Assembly (NCBI GenBank): GCA_964388955.1 | Contig: CAYMCO010000004.1 | Span: 2,487-66,486, forward strand | Origin: an uncultured Anaerolineaceae bacterium | GTDB taxonomy: Bacteria > Chloroflexota > Anaerolineae > Anaerolineales > E44-bin32 | DNA: 64,000 nt | Reading direction: 5' to 3' | Part shown: in pieces, positions 17,185 to 27,221 of the stretch | How the letters are laid out: each line of letters starts with the position of its first letter | Numbering within the stretch: the stretch's first letter is position 1 | Position numbers and translations under genes: made by a program | The notes under the pieces: model-generated | Seen by the model: only the letters and a program-made list of their open reading frames with translations | Told to the model about the DNA's origin: nothing | The model's database searches: none

Positions 17185-19404
17185 CTACAGCAACGGCATT
17201 TGAGAATCCTGGCTCTCCGGTGGATCCAAGGCCAACCGGTCGGGCAGATTCTCACGCCTCAACGTGCTGTCCTCCGCCAGCCGCCGAACGTGCCGATACT
17301 TGAGCACCCGCACGCCATCTCTGAGCCATGCGCGCACCCGCCCGTCTCGCCGCGCTTTCTCCGCCACCAAGGAGGCTCGGCCGCCAGGCATCACCAAAGT
17401 GAGTCCATCCCGCTCTCCCTCTTCGAGCGCGCTTCCAAACGTTGCGGTTTCCTGCACCCGGAAGCGGTAGGCGCGCCCGCCAGATGGAGAGTTCCACACC
17501 AGCTCTCCCCCCCGCTCGACGTCGAACCCCAAGCGATCCCCCATGGCAACCAGCAGTCGGTGCATCTCTCGAGCATCCGCCTCCCGAACCGCGCGTTGAT
17601 CCTGTTCCCTGAGACGCCAAATGCCTCGTTCAGGATCCTCCTCAGCGTAGGAACTCAAGCACGCCTGCACGAAGCGCCGCTCGGGGGTCAGCATACCCCG
17701 CATTTGGGCGCAAATCGCGCCGTCCACGTGGGGGAAGGTCACCTCATTCTGCTGGCGCAACAGTGACAGCACTGTGCGCTCCACCCGGTCCGCCAGAGGC
17801 AGTGGGGCGCCCCTTGGTCTTGAAAGCCAATAGATTCCCCTCTCAGCCTCCACGTTCTGATCCATCCGCTTGAAGATCCCCCTATCAGAGAGCGTGGCTT
17901 CAAGCAGGCCGCCGATGTTGGCGATGGTTTGACTGCCATCTTGCTGCCACAGGGCCGAGATCCCCCTGCTTCCAGCCAGACTCGACCACGCGGCGGCATG
18001 CAGCACTGCGTAGGGCGTTGGCTCGCCTCGCCGGTGAAGCGTCTCCACCATTGCGGACTGCAACTGATCCCCGACGTCCTTCCCGTCGGAGGATCCCTGA
18101 CCGCCGGCCGCCTGCCAGCGCACGGCGGCGGTCTCGGTATCCGGGCGGAATGCCCGCCCGGTCATCGCAAATCCAGCCCGCTCAAAGCCGGCGACTGCGG
18201 CCGCGAGAAACCCCGGATCCGCCTCAACGATGAGCGACAGTACAGGGGCATCGCGACCCATGGCTGATCGCACCTGATCCAAGACCGTGCGAAAAGCCCC
18301 CGCTGTCCAAGCCCAATCGTACCGCCGACGGGCGAGTGAGGCCTTGATCGCCGCGGCCGCCTCCCGGCCCCAAAGCCAGGCGGACCACAAGACGGACAGG
18401 CTCCAATAGGCAGGGTTCGGGCGGGGCACGGTCGTCACCACTCGCTCGATTTCCCCCGGACGCAATTCCAAGACAAGATCGCGGACAGAACCCGGGAAGA
18501 CCATCACCCCCCCCGGATCAGGGGACTCCCCCCGGGACCATTCGCCCAGTGGAATGCCTGACCCCGGCAACGCCCAATCCTCGACAGCCGCCTCCATCGC
18601 CCGCCATACATTCATCTCACGGTATCGGGATGAGGCGATCAGTTGCCTGGGTCTTTGGCGGCCCTCTGCGTGGGACCAGAGCGCATTCGCGGCGTCCAAG
18701 GCCGAGAGGATCAAAGCGCGTGCCGCTGCGAGAGGTCTTCCGCTCAGATCCACTTGATCGAGTTTGTTGATTACAGTCATCAAGGCATACAGCGCTCTGA
18801 CCGGATACACCGCCAACGCCGCCTCCGCATGGCGCCGGTAGGGATCACCCGGAGGGGCAACTGCGTCCAGCGCAAGCGCGTGCTGGAGACCGCGCCCGGC
18901 ATAGGATATGGCGCGCTGGCTATCCTCAAGCGAGGTCGGCTCCTCACCGCTGTGCTGGCACTGCGGGCAGCGATATCCTTTCAGGACCGGACGCTCCAAC
19001 TCCCGGTCCCATATGAAGTAATCTCCAATCACTTGTGCGCCGCAGCGTGCGCACACCGTCTGATATAGATCCAGCACGTATGGCTCCAGCCGGCCACCAT
19101 CTTTGCGCAGCGAGGCCAGGGCCGCCAGCGCGGATTGAAGCTCCTCTGCCCGAAACGGGTTCAGCGTATGCTGCAGAATGAAACGAGTGATGGGGTTGTT
19201 CACCGCCACCAGAACCGAACACCCCGACCGGGCTGCCTCGCGCACCAGCCTGGGTGAGGCGCCGAAGGGGTCCAGGAGCGAGGCTCCCTCGATCCCCGCA
19301 TCCCGAAGCAGACTCGCCACCGACCCCTCCATCAGCGGCGGAAGGAAGCGATGCAGCGGCTCAAGCTGCTGCGGTGGAAGTCCACAGGGGAAAGGAATGT
19401 CCAT
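17185..19404 (-). CDS. COG1743-like Zn-ribbon DNA-methylase homolog with degenerate catalytic motifs
   Basis: ATG 19404 chosen because the ORF-track start 19824 runs into the divergent M20 gene. LLDPFGASPRLVREAARSG...VNNPITRFIL resembles the motif I region. CARCG...CPQCQ forms a zinc ribbon. The motif IV position reads TTVPRPNPAYWSLSVLWSAWLWG instead of DPPY...FFYVWL. Confidence 0.55.
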   Translation of the reverse strand: MDIPFPCGLPPQQLEPLHRFLPPLMEGSVASLLRDAGIEGASLLDPFGASPRLVREAARSGCSVLVAVNNPITRFILQHTLNPFRAEELQSALAALASLRKDGGRLEPYVLDLYQTVCARCGAQVIGDYFIWDRELERPVLKGYRCPQCQHSGEEPTSLEDSQRAISYAGRGLQHALALDAVAPPGDPYRRHAEAALAVYPVRALYALMTVINKLDQVDLSGRPLAAARALILSALDAANALWSHAEGRQRPRQLIASSRYREMNVWRAMEAAVEDWALPGSGIPLGEWSRGESPDPGGVMVFPGSVRDLVLELRPGEIERVVTTVPRPNPAYWSLSVLWSAWLWGREAAAAIKASLARRRYDWAWTAGAFRTVLDQVRSAMGRDAPVLSLIVEADPGFLAAAVAGFERAGFAMTGRAFRPDTETAAVRWQAAGGQGSSDGKDVGDQLQSAMVETLHRRGEPTPYAVLHAAAWSSLAGSRGISALWQQDGSQTIANIGGLLEATLSDRGIFKRMDQNVEAERGIYWLSRPRGAPLPLADRVERTVLSLLRQQNEVTFPHVDGAICAQMRGMLTPERRFVQACLSSYAEEDPERGIWRLREQDQRAVREADAREMHRLLVAMGDRLGFDVERGGELVWNSPSGGRAYRFRVQETATFGSALEEGERDGLTLVMPGGRASLVAEKARRDGRVRAWLRDGVRVLKYRHVRRLAEDSTLRRENLPDRLALDPPESQDSQMPLL

Positions 19405-19535
19405 TGCCTTCAGTATACGGCAAGTCAAAGGCGGCTGGGAATGCGCCCTCGCCGGATGTACCTCACGGTATACTCTGAGACGTCCCACTTTGACCCCGGA
19501 GATGAGCCGCGAAATCCACAATAGGAGCATCCCGC

Positions 19536-20678
19536 ATGCCTGCCATCCCGATCGCTGAATTTGAGAGCCGCATGCCCGACCTGCTGGGATTGCTGCGGCA
19601 AATGGTAGAGATCGAGTCCCCGACCACGGATAAGGCCGCGGTGGACAGGCTCGGATTGTGGTTTGGGGACCAAATGACGCGCATGGGCGCGGAAGTGCGC
19701 CGCTATGGACAGAGCGCTGTGGGCGACCACTTGCTCGGCCGCTGGGGAGAGGGCGAGGGAGGGATTCTGATCCTGGGGCATATGGATACCGTGCATCCTT
19801 TGGGCTCTGCAGCGAGAATGCCATGGCGTGAGGAAGGTGGGCGCATTTGCGGCCCCGGGGTCTTGGATATGAAGGCCGGCCTCGCCTTGTCGCTCATCGC
19901 GCTGCGAGCGCTGGGGGATGCCGGCACGCTGCCAAACCAGCGGATCAGCCTGCTATGCACCTCGGACGAGGAAACCGGCAGCGTCACATCACGCGCCCTC
20001 ATCGAAGATCTGGCCCTTGCGCATTCTCTAGTCCTGGTCGTCGAGCCTGCCTTGCCCGACGGATCGCTCAAGACCTGGCGCAAGGGGATCGGAGAGTTCC
20101 ATCTGCGAGCCCGCGGTCGGGCGTCGCACGCGGGGGGCGACCCTGAAAACGGTGTCAACGCGATTATCGAAATGAGCCACCAAATCCGGCGCCTGGTGCA
20201 GGTGGCGGACGATCAACTGGGCACGACGGTCAATGTGGGAGTAATCCGGGGCGGCGTGCGTCCCAACGTCGTGCCCGAATCGTGCACCATGAAAGTGGAT
20301 ATCCGCATTAGGGATCCGCAAGAGCAGCTGCGCGTTGAGCAAGAACTGGCGGGCCTGAGCCCCGCGCTCGAAGGCGCGGAGCTCACGGTCTCTGGCGGAT
20401 GGAACCGCCCACCGATGCCGCGGTCCCCGGTGATCGCCGAAGCCTTCGCCAGAGCGAAAACCATCGCCGCCGGCCTGGGCATCGCGCTCGGCGAGGGTGG
20501 CACGGGGGGAGGCTCCGATGCTAATTTCGTCGCGCCGCTGGACGTGCCGCTGTTGGATGGCCTGGGGGCCATCGGGGGAGGAGCGCATTCGGCGCGCGAA
20601 TACGTCATCCGGGATGAACTACCCTCCCGGGCGGCCCTGCTGGCCGCGGTGATCAGCCAATGGCAATCAGCGGTTTAG
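19536..20678 (+). CDS. M20-family metallopeptidase (carboxypeptidase G2/ArgE/DapE-like)
   Basis: Motifs GHMDTV, LDMKAG, SDEETGS and GGGSDANF. Confidence 0.85.
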   Translation: MPAIPIAEFESRMPDLLGLLRQMVEIESPTTDKAAVDRLGLWFGDQMTRMGAEVRRYGQSAVGDHLLGRWGEGEGGILILGHMDTVHPLGSAARMPWREEGGRICGPGVLDMKAGLALSLIALRALGDAGTLPNQRISLLCTSDEETGSVTSRALIEDLALAHSLVLVVEPALPDGSLKTWRKGIGEFHLRARGRASHAGGDPENGVNAIIEMSHQIRRLVQVADDQLGTTVNVGVIRGGVRPNVVPESCTMKVDIRIRDPQEQLRVEQELAGLSPALEGAELTVSGGWNRPPMPRSPVIAEAFARAKTIAAGLGIALGEGGTGGGSDANFVAPLDVPLLDGLGAIGGGAHSAREYVIRDELPSRAALLAAVISQWQSAV

Positions 20679-21929
20679 CGCCGCCTGCAGGTCCGAGAAC
20701 TTATCCATCGATGCCATCAGGCGCAGAAACTGCCTCGGATTCTGCAGCCGATCCCACAGGCTGCGGACGGCCGCCCCGACCGGATCCTCACCGGCCGCGC
20801 CGCCGGGCTCATCGGCATATGCCCCGTAGAAAGCGAAGTACGCCTGGTTGAGCTTTCGGATGTGATAGCCATGCTCCCAGAACACCTGGCGGCGGGCCTC
20901 CATATATGATTCAGCCTCCGCTATCTCGCCCAGCGCCAGAAGGCGGTCCACAGTGACGCGCGTTTTGCGCATCTCAGCCCGGAAATCAAAAGTGGGCCCC
21001 TCGCTTTCCTGCGACTCCTCCGATTCAGATGGGGGTGGCGGCAGGTAAGCAGGGTAGTATCGCCCCAAGGCCATGCGACCGAGTTCCCGCCCCAAGAGTG
21101 AGGCCACCGTCTCATTCATGGTGCGCAATTCCGGGCTGGTGCTGTAATTGAGACCAAGCGGATGGAACGCCAGATAATTGTGCACCCACTCGTGGACGAT
21201 GGTCTCGACAACCCAGCTGACAGCGCTGGTTTCCTGAATCATGGTCGGATAGGTTCCCAACCCTCCGATGGGCACCACCAGCGCCGATAGACCGGTCCCT
21301 CTTTCCACCTGCTCCTCGAGCCTGATCTGCTCTCCGACGCTCAGCCCTGGGTTCAGCTGCACATTGGCCTCCTGACGGATCACATCCCGGGGGGAGACAA
21401 TCAGCGCCAGCGGGGTGCGGCTGAAATGAAAGGCGACTGGTGGAAGCACCTCCCCGGCGAAATCCAGGCCGGCATCCGCCAATATGACGGAGACTTGCTC
21501 AGCCAGCACGCTTTCTGCTGTGGATTGAATCTGGGATAGGCGCCGCTGGACATCGGACAGCTTTGCCTGGGTGCCCTGCGCCTCGGCTTCCGGGTTCTCG
21601 ATGGCGGGATCGCCAAAAATCTCATTCACACGGGCTTCCAGCGTGGAGGCCTCGCGGGCCAGACCAAAATACTCAAGCACCAGAGACGTGCGGGCCTCGG
21701 GGGCCAGATGGCCGCCGGCCCGCAAAGTGTATTGGCTGAATTTGATCGCCAGCGCGTCTGCGGTCCAGCCCAAGAATTCAAATTCGTGGGCGCGCGTATA
21801 CCGTTGCACCCGCTGGCTGGCCTCCACCATCGGCACCCCGCTGGCGGCCAAAGAGACCGTCACGACGACCAGCACCAGCCCGCGCCACAGCCAAACGAGG
21901 ATAGTTCGCGCCATGTCGCCCACTCTCAT
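20667..21929 (-). CDS. membrane-anchored putative zinc metalloprotease-like protein (HExxH)
   Basis: N-terminal TM anchor ILVWLWRGLVLVVVTVSLAA and a single HExxH (IVHEWVHNY). Otherwise unassigned. The 3' end overlaps the convergent M20 gene by 12 nt. Confidence 0.6.
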   Translation of the reverse strand: MRVGDMARTILVWLWRGLVLVVVTVSLAASGVPMVEASQRVQRYTRAHEFEFLGWTADALAIKFSQYTLRAGGHLAPEARTSLVLEYFGLAREASTLEARVNEIFGDPAIENPEAEAQGTQAKLSDVQRRLSQIQSTAESVLAEQVSVILADAGLDFAGEVLPPVAFHFSRTPLALIVSPRDVIRQEANVQLNPGLSVGEQIRLEEQVERGTGLSALVVPIGGLGTYPTMIQETSAVSWVVETIVHEWVHNYLAFHPLGLNYSTSPELRTMNETVASLLGRELGRMALGRYYPAYLPPPPSESEESQESEGPTFDFRAEMRKTRVTVDRLLALGEIAEAESYMEARRQVFWEHGYHIRKLNQAYFAFYGAYADEPGGAAGEDPVGAAVRSLWDRLQNPRQFLRLMASMDKFSDLQAALNR

Positions 21930-21979
21930 GCGAGCATAATACCAAGCGGTTTCGCCTTGTCAATGCCGCCCCCCGCCTA

Positions 21980-21988
21980 TGCTATAAT
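21980..21988 (+). promoter_or_regulatory. extended -10 element (TGcTATAAT) upstream of the epimerase gene
   Basis: TGCTATAAT at 21980-21988, ~50 nt upstream of ATG 22039. Confidence 0.35.
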
Positions 21989-22038
21989 CCAGGCCTCAAA
22001 AGGACTTTGGGCCACTATCTTACCGGTCAGAGAGCGCC

Positions 22039-22974
22039 ATGAATTTTCTGGTGACAGGCGCGGCGGGTTTCCTGGGAGCCGCCTTGTGCAATCGCCTGGT
22101 CCGCGAGGGCCATCAGGTCCGCGGATTGGACGACTTATCCGCGGGCGATCCCAGCCGCCTGCAAGGCGATGTGCTATTGACCCGCGGGGACGTCAGCGAC
22201 CGGCCGAAGCTGTGGACACTGCTCCAGAATATAGATTGCGTCTATCATCTGGCGGCGCGTGTGTCGGTGCCCGAATCCGTTCTATACCCTCGCGAATACA
22301 ACGCCGTGAACGTTGGCGGGACCGTGAGCGTGATGGAGGCAATGCGCGACGTCGGCGTGCAGCGTGTGGTCTTCATCTCCTCCGGCGCGATCTACGGGGA
22401 CCAAGGGGCCCAACCGCTCACGGAAGACACCCGACCCGATCCGCGCTCGCCCTACGCAGTATCGAAACTGGCTGCAGAGCATTACACCCATACCATTGGG
22501 GCGCTCTGGGGGATTGAGACCGTTTCGCTGCGGGTGTTTAACGCCTATGGCCCTGGCCAGCAGCTCCCGGCCGCCCATCCACCTGTCGTCCCGCACTTTC
22601 TCCGCCAGACCGCTCGGTCAGGAACCCTCGTCATCCATGGCTCAGGCAGACAAACCCGGGATTTTGTGTATGTAGACGACGTCATAGAGGCGATGGTGGC
22701 CGCCTCCACAGCCCCGGCCGTAAACCGCAGAGTGATCAACGTGGGCAGCGGAGTCGAGACCAGCATCAGGGACCTGGCGCAGTTGGTCATCGAAGCCGTT
22801 GGCAGGCCCGCGGAATGGATCTTCAAAGAGGATTTGGACGCGGGGCCCTCCCACATGTGCGCCGATATCCAATTGGCTCGCCGGAAGCTCGGATACCAAC
22901 CGCACGTCGCGTTGGAACAAGGTCTCGAGCGCATGATTCGTCAAGATCCGCGTTTCAATCCGGCCTCGGATTGA
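22039..22974 (+). CDS. NAD-dependent epimerase/dehydratase (extended SDR, UDP-glucose 4-epimerase-like)
   Basis: Rossmann motif VTGAAGFLG and catalytic YAVSK (YxxxK). 311 aa. Confidence 0.85.
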   Translation: MNFLVTGAAGFLGAALCNRLVREGHQVRGLDDLSAGDPSRLQGDVLLTRGDVSDRPKLWTLLQNIDCVYHLAARVSVPESVLYPREYNAVNVGGTVSVMEAMRDVGVQRVVFISSGAIYGDQGAQPLTEDTRPDPRSPYAVSKLAAEHYTHTIGALWGIETVSLRVFNAYGPGQQLPAAHPPVVPHFLRQTARSGTLVIHGSGRQTRDFVYVDDVIEAMVAASTAPAVNRRVINVGSGVETSIRDLAQLVIEAVGRPAEWIFKEDLDAGPSHMCADIQLARRKLGYQPHVALEQGLERMIRQDPRFNPASD

Positions 22975-23167
22975 CGTCCAATGATCCGCATGCCCTGGCG
23001 AAATGGAATTCCTCTTTCGGCAGGGCCGGCGACCAGAAGCGCCTCACAGGCCGACGCGGTTTATCGCTGCGGTCTCTCCGGCCTGAGCGGACCCCATGGC
23101 TCCCCGCGGCCCCAAAGAGAGCCGCGTGCCCATCAAGTCTCTTGCCTCACCCCACGCTCGAGTTACA

Positions 23168-23800
23168 ATGCCTAGGATGATTCGGTCAAGGCCACTCCCG
23201 CGGGCGTTCTTTCGTCGACCCACCCTGCACGTCGCCCGCGATCTCTTGGGTATGCGCCTCGTGCGCTTGGAAGGGGGCGGAGAGCGCACGGCCGGGATCG
23301 TGATCGAATGCGAAGCATATATTGGGGAGTCGGACCTCGGATGCCATGCCCGGAGCGGAAGAACCGAGCGCAACCGGTCGATGTGGGGCCCGCCCGGCCA
23401 TGCCTACGTATACTTCACCTACGGTATCCACTGGATGCTCAACGCGGTCACGGAAGCCCGCGGCTTTCCCGCCGCCGTGCTGATTCGCGCCCTGTGGCCC
23501 ACCGAGGGGATCGCACGCGTACGGCGTCGACGCGAGGGCCGCGCCTTCTCCGCGCTGACCGATGGGCCAGCCAAGCTTTGCCAGGCGCTGGCTATCGATG
23601 GTCAGATGGATGGGACCGACCTATGCGCAGAGGACACCCCGTTGTTTTTCGAGACGAGATCCGGGATTGAGGATAGACTCGTGACTACTGGTCCCCGCGT
23701 GGGGTTAAACAGTGTGCCGGAACCTTGGAGGAGCATCCCCTGGCGCTTTCGCGTGCGGGGTGATCAAGTACAGGCCCTGGTCAGAGAGGAGCAAGGATGA
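23168..23800 (+). CDS. DNA-3-methyladenine glycosylase (AAG/Mpg family)
   Basis: FFRRPTLHVARDLLG, ECEAYIG, GCHA and GPPGHAYVYFTYGIHWMLN. Start is ATG 23168 or 23177. TACAAT at 23164-23169 would make the 23177 start leaderless. Confidence 0.85.
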   Translation: MPRMIRSRPLPRAFFRRPTLHVARDLLGMRLVRLEGGGERTAGIVIECEAYIGESDLGCHARSGRTERNRSMWGPPGHAYVYFTYGIHWMLNAVTEARGFPAAVLIRALWPTEGIARVRRRREGRAFSALTDGPAKLCQALAIDGQMDGTDLCAEDTPLFFETRSGIEDRLVTTGPRVGLNSVPEPWRSIPWRFRVRGDQVQALVREEQG

Positions 23801-24576
23801 GCTTGTTGGAGGGGAAGACTGCGCTGGTTTTTGGCGTGGCAAATGATCATTCCATCGCTTGGGGCATCGCGCGCGCCATGCATGCGCACGGAGCCAGATT
23901 GGCGTTCTCCTACGCCAGCGAAGCGCTCGAGCGGAGGGTGCGGCCGCTGGCCGAATCGGTCACCGCCACCTTCATCGAGCAATGCGACGTCACCAAAGAT
24001 GAGCAGATCGAGCGCACCTTTGCCAAAGCCAAGCGAGAATTGGGGGAGATCGACGTATTGGTGCACGCCATCGCCTTTGCGGAGCCCGAGGATCTGATGG
24101 ATCGTTATGTGAAAACCAGCCGCTCCGGTTTCCACACCGCCATGGATATCAGTGTGTACTCTCTGACCGCCCTCGCCAGGGCGGCATTGCCGCTCATGCC
24201 GCAGGGCGGTTCGATCATGACTATGACCCATTATGGCGCTGACAAGGTGATGCCCAATTACAATGTCATGGGCATTGCCAAGGCGGCCCTGGAGGCCTCC
24301 GTGCGCTACCTCGCTGCCGACGTTGGAGAAGAGGGCGTCCGGGTGAATGCCATTTCCGCGGGACCCGTGCGCACCCTTTCGGCCGCGGGTGTGAAAGGCT
24401 TCAAGCGCATGCATAGAGAATATCCCAGCATCGTCCCCATGCGGCGAAATATCACGATCGACGATGTGGGCGGCGTCGCCGTCTGGCTCGCATCAGACTT
24501 GTCGCGCAGCGTCACAGGAGATGTGATCTTCGTCGACTCCGGCTACAATATTCTGGGTGCCCCTTTGGAGGAGTGA
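23797..24576 (+). CDS. fabI: enoyl-[acyl-carrier-protein] reductase (NADH), FabI
   Basis: GKTALVFGVANDHSIAWGIA, YNVMGIAKAALEASVRYLA (Y-x6-K) and GDVIFVDSGY. ATGA overlap with the mpg-like gene. Confidence 0.9.
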   Translation: MSLLEGKTALVFGVANDHSIAWGIARAMHAHGARLAFSYASEALERRVRPLAESVTATFIEQCDVTKDEQIERTFAKAKRELGEIDVLVHAIAFAEPEDLMDRYVKTSRSGFHTAMDISVYSLTALARAALPLMPQGGSIMTMTHYGADKVMPNYNVMGIAKAALEASVRYLAADVGEEGVRVNAISAGPVRTLSAAGVKGFKRMHREYPSIVPMRRNITIDDVGGVAVWLASDLSRSVTGDVIFVDSGYNILGAPLEE

Positions 24577-25766
24577 AGCAGACCGGCTCACCGGTCGTTG
24601 GAAGAGATATGTTTGAACGCGTGCGCGGAACGCTTTTCCCCCCAATGAGCTCCGATGCCATCCGGTTGCGGACTCGGGTGGCGCATTTCGTCCTTCCCAT
24701 ATTCTACTTCTTGCTGGTGTTGTGGCTCGTCGAGGGAATAACCCTGGGCCGGTTCGCGCTGAGCCTGGGATATGAAACCAGCCTCGCCCTGGTTTCTATG
24801 GGAATCCTGTCGTCGCTCGGGGTACTGACCATATGGCTCGTGCGCAGAAATCGCATCGCCAGCGCTGGACATGTGCTCGGAATCGCCTACTTCGGCTTCG
24901 CTGTCCTCCAGAGCTTCGACCTGCCCCAAAGCACCAGTCTCATGAGCTTCGGTTTTTACGCCGCCATCATGTCGGTCGGCGCTATCGTCGGCGGGCTGGC
25001 GGCGTATTATTACGCCGCTGCGGCCATCTTGTCGATGGTCGCCATTTGGCTGCAGAACCCAGCCCTGACATCAAATCCATTTGATCAAGCCACAGGAATC
25101 CCCTTCTTGGTGAGCCAGGGGGCCCTTTTTCTCGGATTGGCGGCGCTGCTGCACTTCCTCTCCATCCAGATCCAGAACACCCTGGCCAAGATGCGGGACC
25201 AGGCGAACGAAATGAAGCAACTGGCGTTGACCGATCCGCTCACCGATCTCTCCAACCGCCGCCATCTGCTCAGCCGACTCGAGCACGAGCACCAGCGCTC
25301 ACGCCGGTATCAGCGCTCGCTGAGTCTGATCTTCATTGACTTGGATGATTTCAAAGAAGTCAACGATCGCTTCGGACATCTGGTCGGGGATGACGTGCTG
25401 CGGGGGATCGCCCAGTGCCTGCGTTCCTCCATCCGATCAACAGACCTGCTGGCGCGCGTGGGAGGCGATGAATTCGCAATCCTGCTGCCGGAGACTCGGT
25501 CCGATGGCGCTCTTCGCGTGGTTGATCGGCTGCGGGAATCTCTGGCGGAATACTCAGCGCGCGCCAATCCTTCCCTCCCTCAACTGACCTTCTGCGCCGG
25601 TGTCGCCGAGCTCACACCCGCGGACGGATCCATCGACGAAATGCTCGCTCGCGCGGATCGCCTGCAGTACATGGCCAAGAGTGCGGGCAAGAACTCAACC
25701 AAGACCGAGCGCGATCTGCCAAGGGAGACACCGGTGGATGAGGGCCCTTCGCGCGCACAGTCCTGA
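24573..25766 (+). CDS. membrane-bound diguanylate cyclase (GGDEF domain)
   Basis: About 6 N-terminal TM helices, then DPLTDLSNRR and RVGGDEFAILL. GTGA overlap with the fabI stop (ATG 24609 is an alternative start). Confidence 0.85.
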   Translation: MKQTGSPVVGRDMFERVRGTLFPPMSSDAIRLRTRVAHFVLPIFYFLLVLWLVEGITLGRFALSLGYETSLALVSMGILSSLGVLTIWLVRRNRIASAGHVLGIAYFGFAVLQSFDLPQSTSLMSFGFYAAIMSVGAIVGGLAAYYYAAAAILSMVAIWLQNPALTSNPFDQATGIPFLVSQGALFLGLAALLHFLSIQIQNTLAKMRDQANEMKQLALTDPLTDLSNRRHLLSRLEHEHQRSRRYQRSLSLIFIDLDDFKEVNDRFGHLVGDDVLRGIAQCLRSSIRSTDLLARVGGDEFAILLPETRSDGALRVVDRLRESLAEYSARANPSLPQLTFCAGVAELTPADGSIDEMLARADRLQYMAKSAGKNSTKTERDLPRETPVDEGPSRAQS

Positions 25767-25866
25767 ATCCCCTCTGGCCGACAGATTGACCCCCGCGACG
25801 TCAACCAACATCCCTCCCTGTGCGCCGAACCGGCCCACCGGATTATCATCCTGGAGAGGAGCCAAT

Positions 25867-26283
25867 ATGGTTTACACGGAGTACCTTCAACTGAACACCA
25901 AGGGGGACACCGACATGCACAACCTCACTCAGAGAATCGCGCGCATCGTGCAGGATTCGGGGCTTGAGAGAGGCACGGCCACTATCTTCACCCCCTCTTC
26001 CACGAGCGCACTGACGACCATCGAATTCGAATCCGGCGCCCTACACGACCTGGCACGCGCCCTTGATGAAATCGCGCCGGCAGACCGCGAATACAAGCAT
26101 AACCTTCGCTGGCATGACGGAAACGGGCATTCCCATCTGCGGGCCGCGCTGATGGGCCCATCTCTGAACATTCCCTTTGTAGGTGGCGAACTCGCCTTGG
26201 GAACCTGGCAGCAGGTCCTCTTCCTCGACTTTGACGTTCGCCCGCGAGAGCGCAGATTGGTCGTCCAAGTCGTCGGCGAATAG
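25867..26283 (+). CDS. YjbQ/UPF0047 family protein (secondary thiamine-phosphate synthase-like)
   Basis: TSALTTIEFESG and HNLRWHDGNGHSHLRAALMGPS patterns. GGAGAGGAG lies upstream of ATG 25867. Confidence 0.8.
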   Translation: MVYTEYLQLNTKGDTDMHNLTQRIARIVQDSGLERGTATIFTPSSTSALTTIEFESGALHDLARALDEIAPADREYKHNLRWHDGNGHSHLRAALMGPSLNIPFVGGELALGTWQQVLFLDFDVRPRERRLVVQVVGE

Positions 26284-26333
26284 GACCTTTATGGTAATAT
26301 TCAGCTGAGAAAGGACACAAAGGAGAACCATTC

Positions 26334-27221
26334 GTGCAACAGGAACGACGTCGTTTGCTGGCGGTGCTGGCGCATCCGGACGATGAAAGCTTCGGACCTG
26401 GAGGAACGCTCGCCTTGTATGCCAAGCGCGGGGTTGAAGTTCACCTGATTTGTGCGACCGGCGGCGAGGAGGGAGATGTCCCGCCCGAGATGCTGCAGGA
26501 GTTTGGCGAGGTCGCTGCCTTGCGCAAGGCGGAGCTCCGCTGCGCGGCATCCTGCCTTGGCTTGGCGGGGGTGCACTTCTTGGGATATCGAGACTCGGGC
26601 ATGGCGGGATCGCCACACAACCAGGATCCGGGCGCCCTGGCTGCGGCTCCGGTGGACGAAGTTGCTGAGAAAGTCACCCAGTACATACGTGCCCTGAAGC
26701 CGCAAGTGGTCATCACCTTCGACCCCATCGGCGGCTACCGACACCCCGATCATATCGCCATTCATCGGGCGACTGTCAAGGCCTTCTACGCAGCGGGGGA
26801 CCCCGGCAAATATCCGGGAGAATTGGGGCCTTTCCAGCCAGAAAAGCTCTATTACCACACTTTTTCTCGCCGCTTCTTGAGCGTGCTGGTCAAACTGATG
26901 CCCCTCATCGGCAAAGATCCCCACAAGTGGGGTCGAAACGACGATATCGACTTGACCAAATTGGCCACCAACCACTTCCCAATCCACGCGCGCATCGACT
27001 ATAGTGAGGTGGAGGAGCTGAAACGCAGGGCGTCCGCCTGCCATGCCAGCCAGGCGGGACCCCCTACATCAGGCTTGCTGCGTTATGTATTCCGCCTGGT
27101 GGACGGGCGGGAGAATTTCATGCGCGCCTTTCCACCTGCCCGCCCTGGATTGAGAGAGAAGGATCTGTTCGCGGGGCTGGATGAGGATCGTCTGCCCATC
27201 CCAGCCGCCGCGTCTTCATAG
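26334..27221 (+). CDS. PIG-L/LmbE family N-acetylglucosaminyl deacetylase (MshB/BshB-like)
   Basis: LAVLAHPDDESFGPGGT and YRHPDH motifs. Confidence 0.8.
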   Translation: MQQERRRLLAVLAHPDDESFGPGGTLALYAKRGVEVHLICATGGEEGDVPPEMLQEFGEVAALRKAELRCAASCLGLAGVHFLGYRDSGMAGSPHNQDPGALAAAPVDEVAEKVTQYIRALKPQVVITFDPIGGYRHPDHIAIHRATVKAFYAAGDPGKYPGELGPFQPEKLYYHTFSRRFLSVLVKLMPLIGKDPHKWGRNDDIDLTKLATNHFPIHARIDYSEVEELKRRASACHASQAGPPTSGLLRYVFRLVDGRENFMRAFPPARPGLREKDLFAGLDEDRLPIPAAASS

